From Candidatus Levyibacteriota bacterium (GTDB taxonomy: Bacteria; Patescibacteriota; Microgenomatia; Levybacterales; GWA1-39-11), in contig JAGORM010000001.1 of NCBI GenBank assembly GCA_018062815.1, positions 16,301-80,300 on the forward strand: a DNA stretch of 64,000 bases, in the 5' to 3' direction. Shown here in pieces: positions 24,110 through 33,163 of the stretch. The notes beneath the pieces were generated by a model. The model made no database searches, was not told where the DNA came from, and saw only the letters and a list, made by a program, of their open reading frames with translations. Position 1 is the stretch's first letter. Each line of letters starts with the position of its first letter. The position numbers were made by a program, and so were the translations under genes.

Positions 24110-25912
24110 TTACATCTCCACAGAATAAACGGTGTTATCTGAGACTATATAGATTTTTTTATCCTTTTCGTCTGCCGCAATTGATTTTGGATTTTTCAGA
24201 CCTGAAAGAGGAATTTCTAACACGGGATTTCCACTTTTATCTATTATGTATACAATTTTCTTTTCGGGGTCGAGTATGTATAAATTTGTGTAATCTATGT
24301 CTGTGTAAATGGTAGACGTTGTAGATAGGGGTTTACCTTTATAATTAAAACTGTCTTCCTTCCCTCTGGTATATTTTTTTATAGATCCATTTGCTAGTAC
24401 ATAAATTGATGAGTCAATTGCAAAACTTGAAGGATTTTGAATTGTTGTATCATTTGTAAAATATGCTGCTTTGCTAAAGCTATCAGGAAGATATTTGTAA
24501 ATTGTCTTGTCTGTCTTTGAGAGCAGGTAGATATTTCCTCCAAAAGTATCAATTGAAATAGGGCCTGCCTGCTTTTGAATTATAGTATCTGATTCGCCAT
24601 TCTCTTTTGTGATCTGATTAACCGTTTCTCCATCCAGAATATAGACATTTTCCTCATCTGCTGTAACCCCGTGAGCAGAGTCTGCGCCGTTAAATGTCGT
24701 ATCAACTGATCCGTCAGGTTTTAATAATCCTCCCTTTGTAGGTCCAATTACTGCAATCCCTCCCCCCTTTGCTGTTATGTATTTAACGCTGGGAATTTCT
24801 GTATTTTTTCTGGCATCAAAAAAGATATTTATTCTTGATTTTCCTCCTGATACTTCACCTCCCAAAGCTTTATTCACGTTCTGCAAAAAAGAATCAAGAG
24901 TTTTCCTGGCATTACTTTCTTGCGGGAATTGGGGTAGCTTGCTTTCAACATTTGATTTTATTTCTGTCAATTCTTCTATTGCTAGACTTTTATTTAAGCT
25001 CATAAGTGCAACAGCATCTTCATACTTTTGTTTGTTTTCAGAAAGAACTAATTGTGCCTGTTCTTCCATGTGTGCGTTCTCTTTTCCTGTTTTTTCAAGA
25101 AATATACTTATTCCCAGAACTACAAATAAAAATAAAACGCAAACAATAATAAGTTGTTTTTTTGAAAGCCTTTTAAGGGATGGAAATTTTACCCTCTTAA
25201 CTATTCCTTCCAAATTGAATTTAGGCATTAGTATTTTTTTTTCTTTGTCTTCTGTATCATTTGTAAGGTCAAGGGTGTCGTTATCAGGCACAGACTCATT
25301 TTCTTCAATTACTTTTCTTTCTCCTATCATGTTCCAAATTAAAGCAGCCTCTTTTCCCGTTGGCTCATCGTGAATAAAAGGTGCAATTGACTCACTTATG
25401 TTGTGAGGGGTACCTGCGCCTAATGACTTTTCAATTTCATCTGATGAGACTGTTGAAAGTAAGCCTTCAGTTGCAACTAAAATAATATCTTCAGGTTCAA
25501 CATTCCCTGAAAAGCCGGTTGTCTTGTTGCTTTCTCCAGTTGCAATGATTGTTGTTTTTCCGTCACGTCGCAATAAAACACTGCCTGAATGAGCAATTAT
25601 TATATAAAGTGTTGTATTGACTATGGTTGTCAAGACAAGTGATAAGGATACATTTTCTGCTAGCTCGCCTACAACTGTTTCCACTGCTTTTTTGAGTGTT
25701 TCTAGATTTTTTTCATCCAATGCAAAAAACTCTCGCTGTAAACGCTCCAGGGTATCTTTTCCCAATGAAGCAATTGTTTCCTTACCTTCTTCATGAAGAC
25801 TTATGACAAGATGTAGCTTGCCCGCGCTATAAGCCTGTGCCCAAGAAGATGAGGTGGCTGTTGCGACTACTTTAGCAACTGGGGAAGAATGTTCCATTAC
25901 TCCATTATACAA
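24110..25912 (-). CDS. Membrane-anchored protein: N-terminal PP2C-like (possibly degenerate) domain, TM, coiled coil, C-terminal beta-propeller-like repeats
   Basis: IIIAHSGSVLLRRDGKTTIIATGE and DIILVATEGLLSTVSSDEI resemble the PP2C motifs GDSR.../SDGL... but lack the canonical Asp residues. TM LIIVCVLFLFVVLGISIFL. Repeats of Y/F-x-DG/N-S in the C-terminal half. Confidence 0.35.
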   Translation of the reverse strand: MYNGVMEHSSPVAKVVATATSSSWAQAYSAGKLHLVISLHEEGKETIASLGKDTLERLQREFFALDEKNLETLKKAVETVVGELAENVSLSLVLTTIVNTTLYIIIAHSGSVLLRRDGKTTIIATGESNKTTGFSGNVEPEDIILVATEGLLSTVSSDEIEKSLGAGTPHNISESIAPFIHDEPTGKEAALIWNMIGERKVIEENESVPDNDTLDLTNDTEDKEKKILMPKFNLEGIVKRVKFPSLKRLSKKQLIIVCVLFLFVVLGISIFLEKTGKENAHMEEQAQLVLSENKQKYEDAVALMSLNKSLAIEELTEIKSNVESKLPQFPQESNARKTLDSFLQNVNKALGGEVSGGKSRINIFFDARKNTEIPSVKYITAKGGGIAVIGPTKGGLLKPDGSVDTTFNGADSAHGVTADEENVYILDGETVNQITKENGESDTIIQKQAGPISIDTFGGNIYLLSKTDKTIYKYLPDSFSKAAYFTNDTTIQNPSSFAIDSSIYVLANGSIKKYTRGKEDSFNYKGKPLSTTSTIYTDIDYTNLYILDPEKKIVYIIDKSGNPVLEIPLSGLKNPKSIAADEKDKKIYIVSDNTVYSVEM

Positions 25913-26147
25913 AAATTGTCACAAGAAGCAGTAGTAATGTTGAGAAAATAACGGTGTAAGCAGTAAATTTAAGAACAGGAGAAAAAGAAACCTGGTTAAT
26001 AAGCTTTGTAAGAGATGAAATTTGACGTGCCAAAATTATTGTAAATAAAAGAAATAATAGCTCTAATAACACAAGAGCAATTTTTACAAATATATCAGGT
26101 GAGTTCAGAAAATTTGTTATGTTTGTAATTATAGTTTCTAGGTTCAT
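25905..26147 (-). CDS. Small two-TM membrane protein (80 aa)
   Basis: ORF track; hydrophobic; overlaps the downstream gene start by 8 nt, suggesting operon coupling. Confidence 0.35.
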   Translation of the reverse strand: MNLETIITNITNFLNSPDIFVKIALVLLELLFLLFTIILARQISSLTKLINQVSFSPVLKFTAYTVIFSTLLLLLVTIFV

Positions 26148-26152
26148 ATTTG

Positions 26153-26830
26153 TTATACGGGTTCATCTACTACTAATTCGCCGATTATCTTTCTTACCAT
26201 ATTTGGGTTCGGGGCACGGTCATACTCTATATTTTGGTGGATTCCCTCAGTCTGTATGAATATATCTCCATAGTCAAAAATACTCCTAATTCCGCCTGCT
26301 TGAGTAAATGATACGTCTACAATACTTGGAAGACGAGCCTCAGAAATCATTTTTACAAGTATATTTGGGACATCCAAGTCCATAGCTCGTTTATTTGTGA
26401 CTATTCCCACGTTAAAATACCATATTGAAAAATTTAATAATGTAAAGCCAAAAACTATTAAATAGTAAAATAGCGTAGAAAGTAGTAATAGTATTGGGGA
26501 TATAACTATTCCAGAAAAAAAGATTTGGGAAAGGAAAAAAATCACAGGAGGTACAAAAAGAAGGAGTATAGATGAGAGAATCCAGGGTACATTTGTGATA
26601 AAGTCACGTCTTACTAAAAGTACTACATCCTCATCTGCCTCCTGATTTTGAAATGTTACACCGTCTGGGTAAACGGACATAGATGAATAAAATTTAGGCT
26701 TTTTGTGTTCATGGTTATGGACAAGAAGCTCTGGGCTTGGATCTTTCTCTTGTGCATTTTTCTGGTGTTTATCAGGCTCTGTTTTTTGTTGACTCAAGAC
26801 AAACTCTCCTTTTAATTTTTCATTATCCAT
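26153..26830 (-). CDS. Membrane protein with a bacterial PH (bPH_2/YdbT-like) domain
   Basis: Two TM helices, then IVTNKRAMDLD...GDIFIQTEG...NPNMVRKIIGELV, typical of the bPH_2 family. Confidence 0.45.
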   Translation of the reverse strand: MDNEKLKGEFVLSQQKTEPDKHQKNAQEKDPSPELLVHNHEHKKPKFYSSMSVYPDGVTFQNQEADEDVVLLVRRDFITNVPWILSSILLLFVPPVIFFLSQIFFSGIVISPILLLLSTLFYYLIVFGFTLLNFSIWYFNVGIVTNKRAMDLDVPNILVKMISEARLPSIVDVSFTQAGGIRSIFDYGDIFIQTEGIHQNIEYDRAPNPNMVRKIIGELVVDEPV

Positions 26831-26883
26831 ATAGTATTAGAATTATTACGCTTTCCACAAAGCAAAGTAATTATATCAGAGTA

Positions 26884-28590
26884 TTACTGTTTTTCGACAT
26901 TATAGAGCGGTCCTACAATTTGCAGGTTTGCGGGTGCTCGAAGATTGAACCAGTTCTTGAATTCGTCTCCAGAGAAACTTTGTTGCGTGTTTCCTGAAAC
27001 GCTTATTGAAGACGTTTTCCCTCCACCAAAATCTGGGGAAACTGAAATATCTGAAACGCTTGTAAAAGGAGTGATCCCTTTATTCTGAAGCTCTTGTCTT
27101 ACTCGATCTTCATTCCAGGTGTCTGTCCCTTCAGGATTTGGTTTATCCGGTTGATATAAGTGTTTTCCAGCGGATGAGTCTGCTCGTCCAAGCAGAATGA
27201 CATTCACTATATCCGCAACCTCACTTGGCTTAAGCCATGCCGTTTTATTGTATTCAGGACGTGCTCCCCAGTCACAGTAAAACCATGGTGACTCCTTATC
27301 ATATGCGCGATCATTCCACTCAGCAAAGCTTGTAGGTGTGCCTACCTTCCCGTCAAACTTGCCAAGGTTTTGGATATATCCACCATGAGTGGATGCGTAT
27401 TGCGTAAAGCCAGGGTTTCCTCCATCCATTAAAACCCATCCTGCAGTTGCGTTTACTGCCTGTTCCCAATTACCGCCTTTTGGATCAGGTTTAAATACTT
27501 GACAGGCTTCAGTCGTACATATGTGACCGTTTCGTTGCGCAGAGTTTAATGCATATGTTCTAGCAGCAACAGCTTGTGCTTTCAAAACAGCAAGATTATT
27601 ATCTGTCCAAGAATCAGGTACTTCATAAATTCTTTTTACATAATCTTCAATAGAAAATGTTCCATATCCATCTACATTTATCTGAACTCCTTGGTCATAA
27701 TCTTTTTTTAATGTCATATTAGGATAATACGCTGCAAGTATTGCTTCTTCGTTTTGCCCATCTTTTGCTCGTCCCCATGCTCCGTATTGATTCATCCCAT
27801 TTCTGTGAGGCGCACCATACGTAAAAAATGCAATTCTCGGGCTAAATCCGGGATCAACGCTTCGATCATCGCTGCACCCTCTGGCTGATGTTCCTGCGGA
27901 GCGAGGAATTTTCAAGCCTGCTAATCTTTGAGACAAAATAGCCTGTTGTTTTGCTGAAAGCTCAGCAATCTGTGAAGTAAGAGTAGCCTGGTAAGCACGT
28001 GCGCCGTCTACTAATTTTTGAACATCTGCTTTTTGTGTATCAACCTGTTTCTTTATAGAGGCGAGTCTTACTTGTTCCTCTTCAAGGGCTTTTTTGCGTT
28101 CTTCAAGATCAATTATTTTTAAAGCAATTGTTGTAATTATTTCTTTGTCTTCATCCTGACCTTTTTTTTGGTATGCAATTATTTTAGTTGCGTCTTGTGC
28201 ATCTTTTGATGACAAAAATATAAGCAAAGGAGAAAACACATAATTTTTTATATAGTAGTTGCGCACTGCCTTGTTAAAAACTGCCCGTTGTTCCCCTAAG
28301 TCTATGTACCCTTTGGCAATATTTTTTTTCTTTTCGGCAATATCTGATTCAATTCCCGAAACTTGTAATGTAATCGCGTCAAGTTGTTTTTTCATGCTTA
28401 CCAGTTGGGATTCAAATGGTGCCGTTGCCCTCTGGGATGATGAAAGTGAGCTTTGGAGATCTGCGATCTTACGGCTTATATCATCAAGTTCATCAGAATA
28501 TGCCTGGGATTTTATAAAAAAAATTGAAGAAATCAAGAAAAGAATAACCACAACTAAGCTAAAAAGTTTTCTCATGGGAGTAATAATCAT
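26884..28590 (-). CDS. Secreted coiled-coil protein with a C-terminal SpoIID/LytB-like domain
   Basis: Signal peptide and a long coiled coil. NLAVLKAQAVAARTYALNSAQRNGHICTTEACQVF is the SpoIID/LytB signature. Confidence 0.6.
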   Translation of the reverse strand: MIITPMRKLFSLVVVILFLISSIFFIKSQAYSDELDDISRKIADLQSSLSSSQRATAPFESQLVSMKKQLDAITLQVSGIESDIAEKKKNIAKGYIDLGEQRAVFNKAVRNYYIKNYVFSPLLIFLSSKDAQDATKIIAYQKKGQDEDKEIITTIALKIIDLEERKKALEEEQVRLASIKKQVDTQKADVQKLVDGARAYQATLTSQIAELSAKQQAILSQRLAGLKIPRSAGTSARGCSDDRSVDPGFSPRIAFFTYGAPHRNGMNQYGAWGRAKDGQNEEAILAAYYPNMTLKKDYDQGVQINVDGYGTFSIEDYVKRIYEVPDSWTDNNLAVLKAQAVAARTYALNSAQRNGHICTTEACQVFKPDPKGGNWEQAVNATAGWVLMDGGNPGFTQYASTHGGYIQNLGKFDGKVGTPTSFAEWNDRAYDKESPWFYCDWGARPEYNKTAWLKPSEVADIVNVILLGRADSSAGKHLYQPDKPNPEGTDTWNEDRVRQELQNKGITPFTSVSDISVSPDFGGGKTSSISVSGNTQQSFSGDEFKNWFNLRAPANLQIVGPLYNVEKQ

Positions 28591-28635
28591 AACAATTTTT
28601 ATCTATTCTTACAACCAGGGGGAAGAAATTGTGGG

Positions 28636-28707
28636 TGGGCGCGGCAGGATTTGAACCTGCGACCAATTGTGTATAAGACAACCGCTCTACCACTGAGCTA
28701 CACGCCC
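28636..28707 (-). tRNA. tRNA with anticodon UAU (tRNA-Ile reading AUA)
   Basis: Reverse complement GGGCGTG-TA-GCTC-AGTGGT-AGAGC-G-GTTGT-CTTATAC-ACAAT-TGGTC-GCAGG-TTCAAAT-CCTGC-CGCGCCC-A forms a cloverleaf. The 7-nt anticodon loop is CU-UAU-AC. No encoded CCA. Confidence 0.75.
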
Positions 28708-28762
28708 AAAAAGGAAACTGTGGTAAATTATAGCACGAGAAAGGAAAATATTCGATTCGTAA

Positions 28763-31195
28763 TTATATAAGGCCGCCGTTGCCGCCACCTAGCTTATCTC
28801 CTCCGGGGTTACCAAATGGATCTTCACCTCCTGGACCTAAATCACCAAATACTTCAAATAATTTAGAACGTTTTGCTATTTCAGCCTCAACTAATTCTTT
28901 TGGCTTTCCGTATTTTAGCCTGGATAGCTCCTTAACTAATTCAGCGACCCTAGGGTTTGCCATTTTTCGTTCAGCTTCAATATCTCGAGTAAGATCCATT
29001 GAGAATGGTGGAGCGGGCTCATTTTTGATAACAGTTTTAACATATGCGTGACGTGCCTCAATATTTATCAGATCAGCTTCGGTAAAGGTTGGCTGAAATT
29101 CATGTTGCAGATAATTTGCATCAGATACGCCTACTCGGAATGATACAATAGTTCCGACGTTTCCAAAAATAGCATTTTTAATTTCCTCCTCAATTTGCCC
29201 TATGAATTGGTTTGCAACTATTAGGTTTAATCTATATTTTCTTGCCTCAGAGAGTATTTGCGCAAAATCAGGCGTTGCAAAATTTTGAAACTCATCTACA
29301 TAAAGGAAAAAATCGCGCCTTTGTTCCTGCGGAATATCTTGTCTACTCATAGCAGCAACGAGTATTTTGGGAACCAGTATAAGTCCAAGAAAGTTTGAGT
29401 TTTCTTCACCGATTTTCCCTTTGGCAAGCGAGATAAGAAGAATTTTACCCTCATCCATTGAGCGTCTAAAATTAAAAGATGAGTCAGATTGACCGATCAT
29501 ATTTCTCATCATGGTGTTTGTAACAAATCTTCCAAATTTTGAAGTAATATAATCTAATACTTCAGATTTATGAAAGTCAGAAGTTTGTGCTATCTGATCA
29601 GTCCAGTAGCGTCTGATAATAGGATCTTTTACTTTAGGGAGAAGTTCCTGGACAAAATTTTGATCAGTTAAGACGCGCATAACCTCCACAAATGTATTCC
29701 CCGGCTCGGACATAACGGTAAGCATAGCATTTCTTACAGCGTGCTCAAATCTAGGGCCTATGATACCTGTTTGATGTGGATCAAAGAGCTTATACATGAG
29801 CCCTATAATGGATGTTACCACCAAATGTTTTTGTTCTTCTGTTTGAGCCTCAAGCATATTTAGTCCCATTGGCCGTTCTGTGTCTGATGGATCAAAAAGT
29901 ATTACGTCTTCTGCGCGTTCAGGCGGAATTAGTGGCAAGATTAAATCAATTGTGTCATGAGGGTCAATAAAGCAGACTCCGTGCCCTGCCTTAATATCTT
30001 GCAGTATCATATCTTTTAGAAATTCAGATTTTCCTACACCTGTTTTCCCGACTATATACATATGTCTTCGTCTGTCGTCTTCCCCTATATATATGGGTTT
30101 TGAATTTCCCCTGTATTCACTTTTTCCAATATACAGTCCGGTTGTAGGAATACTTGCAGGTGCAGGGGCACTGCGGGCAGCTAGCCAGTGAATATGTGGG
30201 CTTTCAACAGACTTATTCGGAAAGTGGAAGATAGTCGCAAGTTCATCAACGGAAAGGACTGAACCTTTTTTGAGAAGAGGAAGTGTTCTGTAAATAAAAT
30301 CCACCATAAACATTCCCTTGAAATACTTCATTTTTTCCTTGGAGAAAGAATTGTATGAGGAGAATTGAGTAAATGAGGTAACCATATTTTCCAAATGCGC
30401 ATTTGCTGCTTCTTTTGAAGATGATGAGACAACAAGTCTTATATAAGTGTTGAAAGCAGGTTTTGACAGTTTTCCCTCTATTGCCTCCAATTCCTTTTGG
30501 TCAACTGAATATTTTGCTGTTTCAGGATTTGCCTCTCTTTTTTTAATGCCTGTTATATGTGCACGCCCCTGTTTTTTCCATTTCCCGTCAGTAGGAGTAA
30601 TAAGTATTTGGATAGCAGCAGATTCGCCTTCCTGCATTTTCCCAAGAGTTGAAACCATTGTTGACATTGGGTCAACAGGAAGTTGCTGAAAAGATTTTAT
30701 TGGAATATAAGGGGAAGATTTTAAAACAAGTCCTGCAAATGCTACCTTACTTTCATCTGAGAAAATATCATATTCTTCAGCAGGTGAAATACTCGCGTCG
30801 GGATATGCACCGTGGATTTGTTTTTCAACCATATCTTCCAACTTCTTAGGTATTGATACGTAAAACCTGATATCTCCTGTTTTAGCAACTATTTCAAATG
30901 CTATATAATCAGGTACTTTTGAAAATCCCAGTAATCCCTTTGCTCCTTTTATTCCAGAAAACGCCGAAAACATTTGTTCTGCAGCATCTATCTTTATTTC
31001 ATTCTCTCGGGGTAGTTGTACTTCAAGCAAGACCATATCAAGAGCCTTTTTCTGTCTTTCGCGGTTTTTCTTCCAAAAAAGATATGCGACATATATTCCT
31101 AAGACTGCAAATACAATCAAGCTTGTGAGGAGGATTCCTATAGCAAGAACAAAAAGAAGCGTTATGATGTTGTTTACAATGTCTACCCCTGTCAT
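28763..31195 (-). CDS. Membrane-anchored FtsK/HerA/TrwB-superfamily ATPase; type IV coupling protein (VirD4/TraG)-like
   Basis: N-terminal TM. Walker A IVGKTGVGKSEF, Walker B FFLYVDEFQNF, then SEARKYRLNLIVANQFIGQI (the arginine-finger/Q-rich motif of T4CP/HerA-type ATPases). Gly-rich C-terminal tail. Confidence 0.5.
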   Translation of the reverse strand: MTGVDIVNNIITLLFVLAIGILLTSLIVFAVLGIYVAYLFWKKNRERQKKALDMVLLEVQLPRENEIKIDAAEQMFSAFSGIKGAKGLLGFSKVPDYIAFEIVAKTGDIRFYVSIPKKLEDMVEKQIHGAYPDASISPAEEYDIFSDESKVAFAGLVLKSSPYIPIKSFQQLPVDPMSTMVSTLGKMQEGESAAIQILITPTDGKWKKQGRAHITGIKKREANPETAKYSVDQKELEAIEGKLSKPAFNTYIRLVVSSSSKEAANAHLENMVTSFTQFSSYNSFSKEKMKYFKGMFMVDFIYRTLPLLKKGSVLSVDELATIFHFPNKSVESPHIHWLAARSAPAPASIPTTGLYIGKSEYRGNSKPIYIGEDDRRRHMYIVGKTGVGKSEFLKDMILQDIKAGHGVCFIDPHDTIDLILPLIPPERAEDVILFDPSDTERPMGLNMLEAQTEEQKHLVVTSIIGLMYKLFDPHQTGIIGPRFEHAVRNAMLTVMSEPGNTFVEVMRVLTDQNFVQELLPKVKDPIIRRYWTDQIAQTSDFHKSEVLDYITSKFGRFVTNTMMRNMIGQSDSSFNFRRSMDEGKILLISLAKGKIGEENSNFLGLILVPKILVAAMSRQDIPQEQRRDFFLYVDEFQNFATPDFAQILSEARKYRLNLIVANQFIGQIEEEIKNAIFGNVGTIVSFRVGVSDANYLQHEFQPTFTEADLINIEARHAYVKTVIKNEPAPPFSMDLTRDIEAERKMANPRVAELVKELSRLKYGKPKELVEAEIAKRSKLFEVFGDLGPGGEDPFGNPGGDKLGGGNGGLI

Positions 31196-31207
31196 ATTTT
31201 TAATTTT

Positions 31208-31729
31208 CTAAGCTGCCTTTTTACCACCAAGTATCTTGGGCAATTTCCCCCATTTTAAAATTTTCCATCTGTTGTGAGTGGCTTTGTTTAGAACTTTTCC
31301 ATCTCCTTTTCCGAATGGTCCGGAATTAAGCGCATCAAAATCAGAAATAGTTGTGGTTTTTTGGGTGAGTGATACGTTATCGCCGGATACGCCCTCTACA
31401 GGATGAGTAGGTCCTGTTACCTCGGCTTGTGTCCCGTCAAGCGCTTGAACAGTTTCCTGTGCCGTAAGATGTTCGCTTGTTGGTTGGACAAACTTTTCCA
31501 ACTCCTGAGAAACTTTTGGATCTACAGATTCTTTGGCAGCTTCAATATCAGGTGAGGTTTCAAGCGTTTCCTCAACTGCCGCATCAGATACTGCGCCACT
31601 TGTTACTTCCTTCTCAATTTCTACTGCTTCCTTTGTGGCAATTTCATTTGATAGTTCCGTGCCCTTGCTCTGTGCTGACAGATCTAGGTTGGCGGGGGTA
31701 TTTTTAACTTCACCTTGTGCTTGACTCAT
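31208..31729 (-). CDS. Hypothetical acidic low-complexity protein (173 aa), probably co-transcribed with the downstream ATPase
   Basis: ORF track; 13-nt gap to the ATPase gene; E/T/S-rich. Confidence 0.35.
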   Translation of the reverse strand: MSQAQGEVKNTPANLDLSAQSKGTELSNEIATKEAVEIEKEVTSGAVSDAAVEETLETSPDIEAAKESVDPKVSQELEKFVQPTSEHLTAQETVQALDGTQAEVTGPTHPVEGVSGDNVSLTQKTTTISDFDALNSGPFGKGDGKVLNKATHNRWKILKWGKLPKILGGKKAA

Positions 31730-31821
31730 GTTTTCATGATATCACCAATAGCTTCTTTTGGCAATTTCACAAACCCAACAAAAGAGTAACAGGATGAAAG
31801 GGGAAAAAAGGCTAGTATGTG

Positions 31822-31913
31822 CGGAGGAGACAGGATTTGAACCTGCGCGAGCCTGTTTAAGGGGCTCAGGGGGTTAGCAACCCCCCGCAATGGACCAACT
31901 ATGCGACTCCTCC
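31822..31913 (-). tRNA. tRNA-Ser (anticodon GCU), class II with long variable arm and G73
   Basis: Reverse complement GGAGGAG-TC-GCA-...-TGC-G-GGGGG-TTGCTAA-CCCCC-(variable arm GAGCC...GGCTC)-GCAGG-TTCAAAT-CCTGT-CTCCTCC-G. Confidence 0.75.
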
Positions 31914-31979
31914 GAGTCTTGCAATTATACCATGGGAAAGTAGAAATATGGGTTGTTCCGTGATATAGTTTGAATACAA

Positions 31980-32064
31980 GGAGAGGTCGCATAGTGGCCT
32001 AGTGCAGCGGTTTACTAAACCGCCGTATCGCAAGATACCGAGAGTTCGAATCTCTCCCTCTCCG
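31980..32064 (+). tRNA. Class II Ser-type tRNA (G73, long variable arm) with the unusual anticodon ACU
   Basis: GGAGAGG-TC-GCA-TAGTGGCCTAG-TGC-A-GCGGT-TTACTAA-ACCGC-C-GTATC-GCAA-GATAC-C-GAGAG-TTCGAAT-CTCTC-CCTCTCC-G. The anticodon stem has 5 Watson-Crick pairs; loop positions 34-36 are A-C-U. Followed by a T-run. Confidence 0.6.
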
Positions 32065-32106
32065 CATTTTTTTTAATTTCCTCGTTTTTTGGTATAATCC
32101 CCTTTC

Positions 32107-32526
32107 ATGAGCATTATTGAACTCGCAACGCCTTTGTACGAAAACAAAAACCAAAGAGCAGTCTCTGTGGAAATGAATAGAAGATATAAAAAGGGAGAAG
32201 AGTTAATACTGGATACAGCAAGAGACGCACGGTGGATTGTTTCAGAAAGTGGGTTTTCAGACATTCTTATGGTACAAGATTCGCTTCGTGCATTTGTGGA
32301 TGTAGGAATAGGAAAAAGAGATATGCAGATTGCGGAGTATACAAGATCAGCATTTTTAAACATTCCTAATCCGACAATGCAAAAAGCTATTCTTAGAGGT
32401 GCATGCCGCGAGGCAATTTTGTTTTGGGATGAAAAAATGAGCGAATCTGATGCATTGTATGAGGTGGCACAGTATGGTCCTGAAAGAATTGAATTTTTTA
32501 ATTTCCAGCTTGGTAATCTAAAATAA
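32107..32526 (+). CDS. Hypothetical protein (139 aa)
   Basis: ORF track; no motif. Confidence 0.35.
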   Translation: MSIIELATPLYENKNQRAVSVEMNRRYKKGEELILDTARDARWIVSESGFSDILMVQDSLRAFVDVGIGKRDMQIAEYTRSAFLNIPNPTMQKAILRGACREAILFWDEKMSESDALYEVAQYGPERIEFFNFQLGNLK

Positions 32527-32623
32527 AATCTTTAGCAGGAGTCAGTTCTTTGTCTTACAGTATTCTCACAATTTTCATATAGACTTTTTGTAGAGCATCG
32601 CAGTATACTAATTATAATAAGGT

Positions 32624-32935
32624 ATGTTACCTCTACTTTTAATAATACTTATAGCCTTGTGGTTTTTAGGGTATATTCACATTTCAGGTTATATCCCCAA
32701 TTTCCCTTTGTTTTCAGTTAATAATCACAGTGTATCTTTGTGGGATATCCTAATTCTCTTGGCAATAGCATGGGCAATAGGAATTCTTCCAAGTCCACTC
32801 CGTCAAATAGCTGCAGCACTTCTTGTTATTTGGTTGCTTGCAACATTCGGAATAATCGCTATAAGTGGTCTTGCACAGGTAATAGTTCTTGCCATTATTG
32901 CGGGGGTAATCCTTGCACTTCTAGATATTGTATAG
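32624..32935 (+). CDS. Small polytopic membrane protein (103 aa)
   Basis: ORF track; three hydrophobic helices. Confidence 0.35.
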   Translation: MLPLLLIILIALWFLGYIHISGYIPNFPLFSVNNHSVSLWDILILLAIAWAIGILPSPLRQIAAALLVIWLLATFGIIAISGLAQVIVLAIIAGVILALLDIV

Positions 32936-33022
32936 CTTCATATTAAGTTTAAAATACGTTATAATACATAAACTTGGAGAGCATGAGTTGAAATTTATAG
33001 GGTTTGTTTGACTCTCCATACT

Positions 33023-33109
33023 GGAGAGGTCGCATAGTGGTTTAGTGCGAAGGTCTTGAAAACCTTTATGGGGGAAACCTCATCGGGGGTTCGAATCCCC
33101 CCCTCTCCG
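33023..33109 (+). tRNA. tRNA-Ser (anticodon UGA), class II, G73
   Basis: GGAGAGG-TC-GCA-TAGTGGTTTAG-TGC-G-AAGGT-CTTGAAA-ACCTT-(variable arm ATGGGG-GAAA-CCTCAT)-GGGGG-TTCGAAT-CCCCC-CCTCTCC-G. Confidence 0.8.
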
Positions 33110-33163
33110 CCCTTTTATTAGCCTCCTCTATATAGAATTTATTAGTATCGCCATCTCAGAAAT

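Noticed and set aside
24094-25373. Plus-strand ORFs of 73 and 198 aa overlapping the 600-aa minus-strand gene
   Set aside because: They are antisense shadow ORFs with S/F/L-rich low-complexity translations.
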